In this document: positions 41,321 to 51,607 of the stretch, piece by piece
Layout: each line of letters begins with the position of its first letter
Position numbering within the stretch: position 1 is the first letter of the stretch
Assembly (NCBI GenBank): GCA_016927185.1
Contig: JAFGND010000057.1
Location: forward strand, 1 to 64,000
Direction: 5' to 3'
DNA length: 64,000 bases
Origin: Candidatus Coatesbacteria bacterium
GTDB taxonomy: Bacteria; JAFGND01
Made by a program: the position numbers and the translations under genes
Notes under the pieces: model-generated
Told to the model about the DNA's origin: nothing
The model's database searches: none
The model's input: the letters and a program-made list of their open reading frames with translations, nothing else

Positions 41321-42611
41321 GGATATAAAAGACTACAGGGAATATGAAGATGAAGATGAAAAGATAAAAATACATTCAAAATCCTCTCATATTGGAGCAA
41401 GAAAAAGAGAGAGAAGGGAAGAACTTTTAAAACAAAAGAAAAAATCAACTTCAAAAACAATAACTGGTATAGTTTCACAATTGATCAAAGATGGTTTCTT
41501 AGTTTATCTGAATAGTGAGATTTTTCCAGTTAGAATCCCAAAAAGACTTCTTCAGCTCATGCAAAAAGAAAAAAGCTTTGTTGCTGTTGGAGATACTGTG
41601 GAGCTTATATATAATGAGATTAATAAGAACTATGAGTTTCTGAGTATCGGAACGAGAATTAATGAACTCAAAAGAGAATATGATAACAGAGCAAAAATAG
41701 AACAGACTTTCGCAGCTAATATAGATCTGGTTATAATTATGGCAAGTCTGGCAGAACCAGCTCCAAGATATTCTTTAATAGACAGATTCGTTCTAGCTTC
41801 TTATAGAGGAGGAGTGGAAGCATCAATAGTATTTAATAAAATTGACTTGCTTTCTCTTGATCCTTCACAGCTGACAGAGATATTATGCATGAATGAAAGA
41901 GCAGAGCGTTTTATCAGATTTGCTGATTGTTATGATGCTGAAACAAGAAAACACCTGATCGAGAATAAGCAGTTTTTCATGCATAATTATTTCAGCCAGG
42001 TTCCAGCTTATCATGATGATCTATATTTCAATTCTCTTTCACAAGAGGAAAAACAATTATCAGTTAAATTCAGATTGCAGTGTGAGGAGATACCTTCTTT
42101 AAGAAAGATAGATGACATCTGGATATTTCTATCAATAGCAAGAATTTACAAAGATCTTGGTCACAACGTCATCTTTTCTTCGATTGAAAGCATGACAGGT
42201 CTGGAAAAGATTATAGAGATAAGCAGGAGCAAGAAGGTGATTTTCTGCGGACCTTCAGGAGTTGGAAAATCAAGTATCATCAATTTGATTGACAGAGATG
42301 CAAAACAGAAAGTCAAGGAAATCTCTGAATGGTCAAGGAAGGGTAGACATACAACAACAAACGCAAGATTGATACCATGGAATGATGGATGTTTAATTGA
42401 TACTCCAGGAGTAAGAACCTTCAGTCTGGGAGATGTTACTCAACCAGATTATCTTTTCAAGGAATTTGCAGAAGAAAAAAGTAATTGTCTTCTGCCTAAA
42501 TGCAGACATATTGATGAAGAAGGATGTGCAATTATCAAATGCCTGGAAAATGAAAAGATAAGTCATTACAGATATCAGAATTACAGGAAAATACTTCTGA
42601 AAAAATCCTAG
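41310..42611 (+). CDS. rsgA: Ribosome small subunit-dependent GTPase A, with a large insertion
   Basis: AVGD, AANID, NKID, GPSGVGKSS, GRHTT, DTPG and C-x4-C-x-H-x5-C motifs. Confidence 0.9.
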   Translation: MINKDIKDYREYEDEDEKIKIHSKSSHIGARKRERREELLKQKKKSTSKTITGIVSQLIKDGFLVYLNSEIFPVRIPKRLLQLMQKEKSFVAVGDTVELIYNEINKNYEFLSIGTRINELKREYDNRAKIEQTFAANIDLVIIMASLAEPAPRYSLIDRFVLASYRGGVEASIVFNKIDLLSLDPSQLTEILCMNERAERFIRFADCYDAETRKHLIENKQFFMHNYFSQVPAYHDDLYFNSLSQEEKQLSVKFRLQCEEIPSLRKIDDIWIFLSIARIYKDLGHNVIFSSIESMTGLEKIIEISRSKKVIFCGPSGVGKSSIINLIDRDAKQKVKEISEWSRKGRHTTTNARLIPWNDGCLIDTPGVRTFSLGDVTQPDYLFKEFAEEKSNCLLPKCRHIDEEGCAIIKCLENEKISHYRYQNYRKILLKKS

Positions 42612-42865
42612 AGATATTCCCACAAAATTGAAATCACTACTGAAGAAGCCAGAACAGTCAGAATATTATAAATTCTTGCTCTTTTACTAAGCTCCTCTTT
42701 CTTGAAAAAGAATAAAAATACAGCAAACAGAATCAGCAAGCCTGAAAGCATAATTCCTGTTATAGAACCCACCTTTTTATTAAATGTATTCATTGTAAGC
42801 GAAAGTACAAGAATCAGGGCAGACAGAAAAGGCATGAGGGAAGACTGAATATCAATATTGAGCAT
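42608..42865 (-). CDS. Small hypothetical membrane protein (about 3 TMs)
   Basis: 85-aa hydrophobic ORF; TTGACA 34 nt upstream of the ATG. Confidence 0.6.
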   Translation of the reverse strand: MLNIDIQSSLMPFLSALILVLSLTMNTFNKKVGSITGIMLSGLLILFAVFLFFFKKEELSKRARIYNILTVLASSVVISILWEYL

Positions 42866-42966
42866 ATAGAGAGATATATCTCCTGCTATTTGGTGTCAAG
42901 GAATTTTATAGTACAATATGAAATAAGAGATTAGCAGTTTCATGAACCAAGAAGAAATGCCTTTGT

Positions 42967-43116
42967 TGTGGACAACTTTGTGCAAAACCTTGGAAAAAGC
43001 ATATATTAATTTAATAACATCCAAGTCCAGTGTTCTTTTAAGTTGTTGATTAGCATTCTATTACTGAGAAACGTTTAGATATAACAGACTTTTCTAAAGG
43101 TTTTTTTTGTGGAAAA
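42967..43116. other. Cluster of DnaA-box-like 9-mers in a long AT-rich intergenic region
   Basis: TGTGGACAA (42967), TGTGCAAAA (42979) and TGTGGAAAA (43108), reverse complements of TTATCCACA with 1-2 mismatches, all in the same orientation. Confidence 0.4.
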
Positions 43117-43338
43117 GTTTTTTATCCTTTAAAGACAAAATATATATAAAAAAACTGCTTTATTAAAAAATCCTTGTTTGCAGTAATAATCAAGGAATCT
43201 AGGTTTCTCATTATATTTGACAAATTCTGATAAAGTTATTAAATTAGATTTGGAGGAAAGAAATTATAAAAGAGATAATTATCAAGGGAAAGCGTTTTTT
43301 GCTTGACATAACTTGTTGTAATATAAATAGAAACCATA

Positions 43339-44952
43339 ATGACTAACTCAAGAAGGACAATCTTTTTCATTTCACTACTTATCACTCTGATTTTTTCTTT
43401 CAGTTATGATATTCCATCACTGGAAGCTGCAAGCAAGGAGAAGAAGAACAGAAAGAAGAAGGAAATCCAGAAGAAAAAAAAGAAGACTAATGCTAAAGAC
43501 AAGAAAGGCAAGAAAAAGAAGAAAAAAAGCAAATATATCATGAGAAAAGGCTTCTATAAAGTCAAGGAAGGAGATAACCTGAGAGTCATTGCAAGAAAGT
43601 TGAATATCCCATATTCCACTTTACTTAGAATGAATCAGAAAAATCTTGTAAGAAACAGAGTAAAACCCGGTATGAAATTAGTCTATGTAAGAAAAAAGAG
43701 ACGCGTAAGGTTTTATGGAAAACTTTACAATGGAGTACAACTTGATTCTGGTGATGGATATAATGTAAGAAATGAATTATATTCATGGGGAACACCTTCA
43801 ACTGTCAAGCTTATAAAATATGTCTATGGTGAGATGGCTAAATTATATCCTGATGGAACACCAGCTCTTGTTTGTGATCTTTCAAGGCAAAATGGAGGAC
43901 CTCTCAAGGGACATGTCTCTCATCAGATTGGAATTGACGGAGATTTCACAATATACAAGAAAAACAATCAACCTGCAAGTATGAGTATAACAACAGCTTC
44001 TAACATTGATGTAAAAAAGAATCTTGATTTCCTCAAAATACTTTATAGTACAAAAATGGTACAGTATGTTTTTCTTGACTATTCTCTTCAAAAGACACTA
44101 TATGAATCAGCAAAGAACTACGGCTGGAACGATGAAATGCTATCACAGATGTTTCAGTATCCAAGGAGACCTGGCTCAAGAATGGGAATAATCAGGCACT
44201 GGAGAGGTCATGCTGATCATTATCATATAAGATTTTCAAACAAGCCGCTGGACCCAGGAGTATTTATCTACTCTCCAGAAGAAACTGATGATGATGAAGA
44301 AAATGTTTACCAGGATGATTTGATTAAAAACAGAAATGAGCAAGAAAATGATGATGCAACACTGACACCAGATCCTTTCAAGACTTCATCATTAGGTACT
44401 CCAACGTCAGGAAGGTTACTAGCTGGAGTTCCTCTGGAAAATTCAAACTCATACAGATTTATTTATCCTGAATATATTTATACTACTCCTGAAATAAAAT
44501 CTTTACTGGGAAAAGTATTTGATGATTACAAGAAAAGTTTCGGAAGTACTTCACCATGGTTGATTGGTACACTGAGCAAATCTGGAGGAGGACCAATTCC
44601 AGGGCATATAGGTCATCAGAATGGCTTGGAGGTTGAGATAGGATTTTACAAGACTGGAAAACAACTTGAAGATTTCAAGATACTTAAACTGGATGAAATA
44701 TCTGCAAAAGACAATTGGTACCTGATTGAAAAGCTTATTTCAACAGGAATGGTGGAAGCAATATTCATGGATTATGATTATCAAAGAGTTATATATGATT
44801 TTGCAAAGAAAAGTGGTGCTTCACAAGACAGATTGAAGGAGTATTTCCAGTATCCAATGGGATCTGACTCAATGCATGGTATTATAAGATCCATTCCAGA
44901 TAAACAAGGATACTTCAAGGTTCGTTTTAAATCAGCTAATTTGAAAAAATAG
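43339..44952 (+). CDS. LysM + tandem MepA-like (penicillin-insensitive murein endopeptidase) domains
   Basis: Signal/TM; Lys-rich tract; LysM YKVKEGDNL; HVSHQIGIDGD and HADHYHIRF; second repeat degenerate. Confidence 0.8.
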   Translation: MTNSRRTIFFISLLITLIFSFSYDIPSLEAASKEKKNRKKKEIQKKKKKTNAKDKKGKKKKKKSKYIMRKGFYKVKEGDNLRVIARKLNIPYSTLLRMNQKNLVRNRVKPGMKLVYVRKKRRVRFYGKLYNGVQLDSGDGYNVRNELYSWGTPSTVKLIKYVYGEMAKLYPDGTPALVCDLSRQNGGPLKGHVSHQIGIDGDFTIYKKNNQPASMSITTASNIDVKKNLDFLKILYSTKMVQYVFLDYSLQKTLYESAKNYGWNDEMLSQMFQYPRRPGSRMGIIRHWRGHADHYHIRFSNKPLDPGVFIYSPEETDDDEENVYQDDLIKNRNEQENDDATLTPDPFKTSSLGTPTSGRLLAGVPLENSNSYRFIYPEYIYTTPEIKSLLGKVFDDYKKSFGSTSPWLIGTLSKSGGGPIPGHIGHQNGLEVEIGFYKTGKQLEDFKILKLDEISAKDNWYLIEKLISTGMVEAIFMDYDYQRVIYDFAKKSGASQDRLKEYFQYPMGSDSMHGIIRSIPDKQGYFKVRFKSANLKK

Positions 44953-45699
44953 GTGTCAAGTCATATATTAGTAAGTTTCCTGTTACTTGTATTTTCATTT
45001 GCATATTCTAATGATTCAAAGGTTTTGCATATCTTTTATCACCATATAAGTTATGTTGATCATAAATACAACAGAAAACCTTATCATTTCGAAGATGATA
45101 TGAGAGAGCTCAAGATAAAGGATTTCAAGACTATTTCTTTAACTGAATACGCTGAATTTTTGAAGGGAACCAGGAATATACCGAAAAGAAGTGTTCTTAT
45201 TTCTTTCGATGATGGATATGCTGATGCTATTGATAATGCAGTTCCTATAATGGGAAAATATAAATTCAATGGGATTTTCTTTGTAATTGGTCAAATGGTT
45301 AAATCAGAAAGAAGAGGAGGGTATTGTTCTTTGGCTGATCTGAAGAAACTTGTGGCATCAGGACATGATGTTCAATCTCATACATGGAGCCACAAGGATC
45401 TTGCAAAGATAGGTCATTGGTCAGTATGGGATAAGGAGCTCGGTATTGTTAAGATGTTTCTTGAAGGGGAACTGGGTATAAGGGTACATGCAATTTCCTA
45501 TCCATATGGCAGCATAAACAAGAAAGTAATTCCAAAGATAGCAGAATATAATTATGATATAGGCTTTACATGCAGGAATGGACTTAATGACATTTCAACA
45601 AATCCTTATCTTGGATGCAGAGACGAAGTAAGTATTTCAAACCCAGTAAAGAAAATCCTGAGTTTTTATCAGAAAAACTATCCTGAATGGTTCAATTGA
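44953..45699 (+). CDS. Polysaccharide deacetylase (CE4/NodB), exported
   Basis: FYHH, SFDDGY, SHTWSH and SYPYG motifs; signal peptide after GTG. Confidence 0.88.
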   Translation: MSSHILVSFLLLVFSFAYSNDSKVLHIFYHHISYVDHKYNRKPYHFEDDMRELKIKDFKTISLTEYAEFLKGTRNIPKRSVLISFDDGYADAIDNAVPIMGKYKFNGIFFVIGQMVKSERRGGYCSLADLKKLVASGHDVQSHTWSHKDLAKIGHWSVWDKELGIVKMFLEGELGIRVHAISYPYGSINKKVIPKIAEYNYDIGFTCRNGLNDISTNPYLGCRDEVSISNPVKKILSFYQKNYPEWFN

Positions 45700-46403
45700 G
45701 AATATCAGATTTGCTTATTACGATATGGTGGTATCCGTTTATGGTTGTGGTGACATTCATCTTTGCCATTGCAGCAATAGTTGTCTCTTTTTTTTCTCCT
45801 GATGGTCATTTAAGTCATCTCGTTGCAAGAATATGGGGGAGATTGCTTATTAAAGGTGCATTTTGTAAAGTCAAGATTTGTGGATTGGAGAAACTGAAAC
45901 CGGAAGAATCATACTTGTTTGTAGCAAACCACAGCAGTTCATTCGATATTTTCCTTCTCAATGGCTATCTTCCTTATGAATTTAGATGGATTTCAAAACC
46001 TCTTTATTTCAAAGTTCCTTTTCTTGGTTGGGGGATGAAAAAAGCAGGATATATTCTTATTTACAGGGACAAACCAAGGCAGGCAGTAAAAGCACTCGGA
46101 AATGCAATAGAAAAAATGAAACAGGGCTTCAGCATTGCGATATTTCCAGAAGGAACCAGAAGCAGGACAGGAACTTTGCAGCCTTTCAAAAAAGGAATGA
46201 TAGTCATTGCCATAAAGGCAAACAAGAGCATTGTTCCCATAACCATAAAGAATGCCTATAAAGCCAAACCTTCTTCAGGTTTCCTTGTTAAGCATTGTGA
46301 AATATCAATATTGATTCATGATCCTGTAATGATTATTAAGAAAAAGGAAGAAGATGAATGTCTTGAAAGGATAAGAAATACAATTGCTACTGGTCTATCT
46401 TAA
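45687..46403 (+). CDS. plsC: 1-acyl-sn-glycerol-3-phosphate acyltransferase
   Basis: NHSSSFD and FPEGTRS motifs. Confidence 0.9.
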   Translation: MVQLRISDLLITIWWYPFMVVVTFIFAIAAIVVSFFSPDGHLSHLVARIWGRLLIKGAFCKVKICGLEKLKPEESYLFVANHSSSFDIFLLNGYLPYEFRWISKPLYFKVPFLGWGMKKAGYILIYRDKPRQAVKALGNAIEKMKQGFSIAIFPEGTRSRTGTLQPFKKGMIVIAIKANKSIVPITIKNAYKAKPSSGFLVKHCEISILIHDPVMIIKKKEEDECLERIRNTIATGLS

Positions 46404-47496
46404 GCCTTAGTTTTGATATCGGGACAAAAACATAGCCTTGCTGCTGTGCAAGTGGAATAAAAACCTCAAGTACTTCAGCTAAATATTGTGGAGATCTCCC
46501 ATCAATAGGAAAAGCAATAATAGTACCATTTTTCAAATTACCAAGCAGATTTTTCGCTATTATTCCAGGATTCTCTCCTTTCAGATTTTTCAGATCTACT
46601 TCCCAGAGAATTATAACCATTCCATACTTTGCCGCCAGATCTACAATTCTTGAAGAATAGTCGCGAAACTGGTCCGCAGGTCTGTATAATCTTGGAGGCT
46701 GAGAGAAAAAATAATTGTAATTGGTGAATCCTTCAATCAAATCCTGCTTGAATTCTTCAATAGCAAGCTTTTCAAATGGAATTCCTGATGTTGATAGCAT
46801 GCCTATGGAATGAATTTTCGATTGAGTGATATCATTTACCAGTTCCTGATGTTGAATAATCCAGTTCGTCTCGAGAAAAAAAGTAGCTGAGATGTCGTAT
46901 TTCCTCAAGACTTCATAAACAGGCATGTCAACCTGGGCAGGTCCATTATCCCCCGTAGCATCAAAAGTTAATGCAATCTGCTTGACATTCCTGTCTCCAT
47001 GGATTATAGTCAGGGGATTGCAGGGTTGCAGTTTTATTGTTGTTGAAGATGGTGTAAATTTATTCCTGGGTACTGCATCTATAAATCCCTTTTTCAAATC
47101 AATATTAACAATTTTCCAGTTTCCTTCTTCCTTCCTTGTATCTATCTTTCCTTCATAAAGGATAGCTTTGGTTTTATTTGATTTTGTGTAAAAGAAAACC
47201 TTTACTCTGGCAGAACAGGAATTAGAATCTTCATTCTCTATTTCAAGTTCTTCAAGAAACGTACTATAAAGACCTTTATGGAGCAGATCAAACTGACCAA
47301 AAGTAAACGTTTTCTGAAATTCCTTGCTTATGCATTTGTTATAGAGAAACCTGGGATTGCTGGTCTTAGCCAGTCCCTTGTAATAGTATCTTATGAGAGC
47401 AAGAGAAGTTATCGACTGGTCATATTGAGTTGTGGTAGTGCATGATGCTGAAAGAATAAACAGGATTAGCAAAACTGATATTGCTTTTTCCATCAA
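46387..47496 (-). CDS. Lipoprotein with a degenerate polysaccharide deacetylase (NodB) domain
   Basis: Lipobox SASC; KQIALTFDA, ATFF, RLYRP, WEVD and GYVFV motifs; metal ligands missing. Confidence 0.75.
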   Translation of the reverse strand: MMEKAISVLLILFILSASCTTTTQYDQSITSLALIRYYYKGLAKTSNPRFLYNKCISKEFQKTFTFGQFDLLHKGLYSTFLEELEIENEDSNSCSARVKVFFYTKSNKTKAILYEGKIDTRKEEGNWKIVNIDLKKGFIDAVPRNKFTPSSTTIKLQPCNPLTIIHGDRNVKQIALTFDATGDNGPAQVDMPVYEVLRKYDISATFFLETNWIIQHQELVNDITQSKIHSIGMLSTSGIPFEKLAIEEFKQDLIEGFTNYNYFFSQPPRLYRPADQFRDYSSRIVDLAAKYGMVIILWEVDLKNLKGENPGIIAKNLLGNLKNGTIIAFPIDGRSPQYLAEVLEVFIPLAQQQGYVFVPISKLRLKIDQ

Positions 47497-48113
47497 TGCC
47501 TTCTTACTATATCTTTGATTTTCATCAGTCGAGTAAGTGTTGCTCTCTCATTTTCACCTAACTTCATTGAAATTTCATGAATGGTATCTTCAAGGGTTGG
47601 TATCAATACATATTCTAATGCATTAACTCTTCTTCTTGTTCTTTCCAACTCTATTGCAAGGATCTCTATTCTTTTTTCCAGTTCAGCTAGTTTTATTATC
47701 ACAGGCAAGATCTCAGAAAAATCTTTCAATGAAGCATCTAGTGAGGCACTTGTTGTAATAGTGCTATAATTCTTGTGGCTTTTCATTGATACAAGTTCTA
47801 TTACAGGTACTCTTGTATTCATTATCCTGATTTCGTCAGTCTTGATTTCTATCTGATTTGGAAGGGCTTCAGTGGCATTGAAAAGTTCTATCCTGGACAT
47901 GATTGCTCTTGCTCCAAGAAATTTCCTGTAGCCTTCAGCAAGCATTTCGTCAATCGCTTCCCTTCTGCTTCTGTAATTCTGGATAAAAGATATGAATTTT
48001 CTCATAAGTTCATCCTGCTTGTCTTTCAATAGCTTGTGACCTCGTATTGCCATAGAAAGCTGCTTTTTCAACTGCAGCAGTACCATTCTATTAGGACTGA
48101 CCTTGATTTCCAT
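47493..48113 (-). CDS. ntpD: V/A-type ATP synthase subunit D
   Basis: RGHKLLKDKQDEL and TRRRVNALEY motifs. Confidence 0.95.
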   Translation of the reverse strand: MEIKVSPNRMVLLQLKKQLSMAIRGHKLLKDKQDELMRKFISFIQNYRSRREAIDEMLAEGYRKFLGARAIMSRIELFNATEALPNQIEIKTDEIRIMNTRVPVIELVSMKSHKNYSTITTSASLDASLKDFSEILPVIIKLAELEKRIEILAIELERTRRRVNALEYVLIPTLEDTIHEISMKLGENERATLTRLMKIKDIVRRH

Positions 48114-48114
48114 A

Positions 48115-49488
48115 TCATTCTTTTCCCAGAAATTCTTCTATATATTCATCCTTGATTCTTTTTAATTCCATTTTTGGTATTATTTTTAGCAAATCCCATC
48201 CAATACTTAGTGTATCTTTAATGCTTCTATCTTCATATTCTCCCTGCTGAACGAACTTCAGTTCAAAAGCATCTGCAAATTTGCTATAGGATTTATCCAG
48301 ATCCGTTAGTGCTGCCTCGCCTAAAATTATTGCAAGCTCTTTTGCTTCCTTGCCCTTTGCATAATCTGAGAAAAGCTGATTTGCAACACCTGCATGATCC
48401 TTTCTTGTCTTTTCATCCCCAATTCCCTTGTCTCTTAGTCTTGACAAACTTGGAAGAACATCTATAGGTGGATAAATCCCTCTTCTGTGAAGTGCGCGAG
48501 AAAGAATTATCTGTCCTTCTGTAATATAACCGGTCAGATCAGGGATTGGATGTGTCTTGTCATCTTCAGGCATAGTGAGTATTGGGAACTGGGTAATTGA
48601 ACCTTTTTTACCCTTTATCCTTCCAGCTCTTTCATATATGGTAGACAAGTCAGTATATAAATAACCTGGATATCCTCTTCTTCCAGGAATTTCTTTTCTT
48701 GCAGCAGATACTTCACGCAATGCTTCACAGTAATTTGTCATATCAGTAAGTATCACAAGCACATGCATATCTTTTTCAAATGCAATATATTCAGCGGCTG
48801 TTAAGGCCATTCTTGGAGTTGCAATTCTCTCTATAGCTGGATCATCAGCCAGATTGATGAACATTACTGCTCTTTCAATTGCTCCAGTTTTCCTGAAATC
48901 TTCCTGAAAGTAGTTTGCTTCCTCAAAGGTTATTCCCATTGCTGCAAAAACAACTGCAAAATTTTCTTCTCCTTTTATAACCTTTGCCTGTCTTGCGATT
49001 TGAGCTGCAATCCTGTTATGGGGCAGACCGCTAGCTGAGAAAATCGGTAATTTCTGTCCCCTTACCAGAGTATTTAATCCATCAATTGTACTTATCCCTG
49101 TCTGGATGAATTCAGATGGATAGTCTCTGGCAAAAGGATTTATTGGATTGCCATTTATATTCAGTCTCTTCTCTGGCATTATTGAAGGACCATCATCTTT
49201 GGGTCTTCCCAATCCATCGAATACTCTTCCCAGAATATCAAGACTTAACGGGATTTCAATCCCTCTACCCTGGAACCTGATTTTGCTTTGTGTTATATTG
49301 ACTCCAGAAGTTCCCTCGAATAATTGAACAAGGGCTTTATCTGCATTAACTTCAAGGACTTGTCCTGTTCTTATTGATCCATCTGGAAGCTCGACTTCAG
49401 TTATCTCTCCATATTTAACACCTTCCACTTCTTCAACAAGCATCAAAGGTCCAATAATTTCTGAAACTGTTTTATACTCTTTTACCAT
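48115..49488 (-). CDS. ntpB: V/A-type ATP synthase subunit B
   Basis: [18 protein letters not shown] and [15 protein letters not shown] motifs. Confidence 0.97.
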   Translation of the reverse strand: MVKEYKTVSEIIGPLMLVEEVEGVKYGEITEVELPDGSIRTGQVLEVNADKALVQLFEGTSGVNITQSKIRFQGRGIEIPLSLDILGRVFDGLGRPKDDGPSIMPEKRLNINGNPINPFARDYPSEFIQTGISTIDGLNTLVRGQKLPIFSASGLPHNRIAAQIARQAKVIKGEENFAVVFAAMGITFEEANYFQEDFRKTGAIERAVMFINLADDPAIERIATPRMALTAAEYIAFEKDMHVLVILTDMTNYCEALREVSAARKEIPGRRGYPGYLYTDLSTIYERAGRIKGKKGSITQFPILTMPEDDKTHPIPDLTGYITEGQIILSRALHRRGIYPPIDVLPSLSRLRDKGIGDEKTRKDHAGVANQLFSDYAKGKEAKELAIILGEAALTDLDKSYSKFADAFELKFVQQGEYEDRSIKDTLSIGWDLLKIIPKMELKRIKDEYIEEFLGKE

Positions 49489-49489
49489 A

Positions 49490-51280
49490 CTAATCCTCTG
49501 TTTTCAAATTCTGAAGTAGTTCTTTAGCTTCTTTTTCAACTTCGACTTTCAATTCCTTTATCTTATCAAGTTCTTTTTCATCAACATATTTAGCTTTCGC
49601 TACATGTTCTTTGACTTTCAAAGCGATTATCTTGCCAAGAGGGATTTCTTCCTTTATAAGATCCATGGAAACATCGTGAATAAATAGTATTGTATCAAGT
49701 ATCAGGAATTGTTTGTGAAGGCTTGAATACGTATCTGAAGGATCAAATGCAATCTGGTGAAGGAAGTCTTCCCTGATTGATTTGGCAGTTTCAAGAACTA
49801 GCTGATCCTTGGGTGATAGACTGTCCTTTCCCACAAGTCTTACAATTTCCTCTAATTCCGCTTCATGTTGAAGTATTTCCATTGCCCTGTATCTGTTTGG
49901 CATCCAGTTTTTATCAATATCCTTGTTCATGAAATCCGAGAGTGATTCAAGATAAAGTGAGTAACTTGATAACCAGTTGATTGCCGGGAAATGTCTTCTG
50001 TAAGCCAGTTTACTATCCAGTCCCCAGAAGACCTTGACAACCTTGAGAGTGCTTTGAACAACTGGATCTGAAAAGTCGCCTCCTGGAGGAGAAACTGCTC
50101 CTATTGCTGAAACACTCCCAATCCGCTCTTTCCTGGAAGCAGTAATGACTTTGCCAGCTCTTTCGTAGAAGCTAGCTATCTTAGTCGCCAGGTAAGCTGG
50201 ATAACCTTCTTCTCCTGGCATTTCTTCCAATCTCCCTGAAATCTCCCTCATAGCTTCTGCCCATCTGCTCGTTGAATCTGCCATTAGTGCTACATCAAAT
50301 CCCATATCCCTGAAATATTCAGCTATAGTTATTCCAGTATATATTGAAGCTTCCCTTGCTGCAACAGGCATATTTGAAGTGTTTGCCACTAGAACTGTTC
50401 TTTTCATTAAGGGATGACCCGTCTGGGGATCTTCCAGTTCCGGGAATTCAAGCAGCACATCCGTCATTTCATTACCTCTTTCTCCGCAGCCAATATAGAC
50501 AATTATTGAGGCATTAGCCCATTTAGCTAACTGGTGCTGTACGACGGTCTTGCCTGATCCGAATGGTCCAGGAACACAAGCAGTTCCACCTTTTGCAAGA
50601 GGGAACAGCATGTCTATGATCCTCTGTCCTGTTGCCATTGGCTGATTGGGAGGAAGTTTTTTACTGAAAGGCCTTCCTATTCTAACAGGCCATGTATGCA
50701 TCATATATAAAGGTCTTTCTTCGCCATTTGCTGTTTTGAGAAGGGCAATCTGCTCATCAATTTTATATGATCCTTCTGGAAGAATATCAATAATAATCCC
50801 AGATAAATTGGGAGGTATCATTATATTATGCTTAACAACCGCTGTTTCTTGTACATAGCCAATGAAATCTCCACCATGGACTTCTTCATTCTTTTGAAGT
50901 GTTGGTATGAAATTCCACGTTTTTTCCCTTGAAAGCCCTGGAACATTCAAGCCTCTTGTAATATAATTCCCAGTTTTCTCTCTTATTAAATCCAGCGGTC
51001 TTTGTATTCCGTCATAAATCGATTCAATCAATCCAGGTCCCAGCTCAACACTTAATGGCTTGCCTGTACAATATACAGCTTCACCCGGACCTAGACCTTG
51101 TGTTTCTTCATAAACCTGTATGGAAGCAGTATCTCCTCTTAATTCTATGATTTCACCGATTAGCTTCAAATCACTTACCCTTACAACATCAAACATCTTG
51201 CTTTTTGTAAGCCCGGAGGCTATAACCAGTGGTCCAGCTACTTTTACGATTTTTCCTGTCTCAATATAATCCCCATTCAT
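49490..51280 (-). CDS. ntpA: V/A-type ATP synthase subunit A
   Basis: [16 protein letters not shown] and [11 protein letters not shown] motifs; 596 aa, no intein. Confidence 0.97.
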   Translation of the reverse strand: MNGDYIETGKIVKVAGPLVIASGLTKSKMFDVVRVSDLKLIGEIIELRGDTASIQVYEETQGLGPGEAVYCTGKPLSVELGPGLIESIYDGIQRPLDLIREKTGNYITRGLNVPGLSREKTWNFIPTLQKNEEVHGGDFIGYVQETAVVKHNIMIPPNLSGIIIDILPEGSYKIDEQIALLKTANGEERPLYMMHTWPVRIGRPFSKKLPPNQPMATGQRIIDMLFPLAKGGTACVPGPFGSGKTVVQHQLAKWANASIIVYIGCGERGNEMTDVLLEFPELEDPQTGHPLMKRTVLVANTSNMPVAAREASIYTGITIAEYFRDMGFDVALMADSTSRWAEAMREISGRLEEMPGEEGYPAYLATKIASFYERAGKVITASRKERIGSVSAIGAVSPPGGDFSDPVVQSTLKVVKVFWGLDSKLAYRRHFPAINWLSSYSLYLESLSDFMNKDIDKNWMPNRYRAMEILQHEAELEEIVRLVGKDSLSPKDQLVLETAKSIREDFLHQIAFDPSDTYSSLHKQFLILDTILFIHDVSMDLIKEEIPLGKIIALKVKEHVAKAKYVDEKELDKIKELKVEVEKEAKELLQNLKTED

Positions 51281-51283
51281 GGA

Positions 51284-51607
51284 TTACTCCTTAAATAGAA
51301 GGTCAACACCTACTGCTCGTTCAATAATTTTCCTGATCTTCTGCAATCCAAGCTGTTTTGAACCTTGATTACTTGGTATAAATATAACAGAAGGATAAAA
51401 TGATTTTTTTTCAAGTTCGCTCGATACTGGATATACTTCTTCAAAATATGTCTCAGTAACGATTAATACTTTATATGTTTTTTGCCTGAAAAGCTGTTTT
51501 ATAATTTTTATTACCTCATTGCTGCTTTCAGCTTCATAGACTTCCAGTCCCAGGGCTCTAAATGGAAGAATAGAGTCTATTTCACCAATAATCGCCATCT
51601 CATACAT
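51284..51607 (-). CDS. V/A-type ATP synthase subunit F
   Basis: AIIGE...FRALG and ERAVGVD motifs; operon position. Confidence 0.9.
   Translation of the reverse strand: MYEMAIIGEIDSILPFRALGLEVYEAESSNEVIKIIKQLFRQKTYKVLIVTETYFEEVYPVSSELEKKSFYPSVIFIPSNQGSKQLGLQKIRKIIERAVGVDLLFKE

Noticed and set aside
44950-44955. The MepA-like gene's TAG abuts the next ORF in frame (TAG GTG), which could suggest amber read-through or pyrrolysine
   Set aside because: The downstream ORF begins with its own signal peptide and both proteins are complete, so translational coupling of two genes is simpler
49490-51280. Intein in V-ATPase subunit A, a known insertion hotspot
   Set aside because: Length (596 aa) is normal and the GCGERGNE region is uninterrupted
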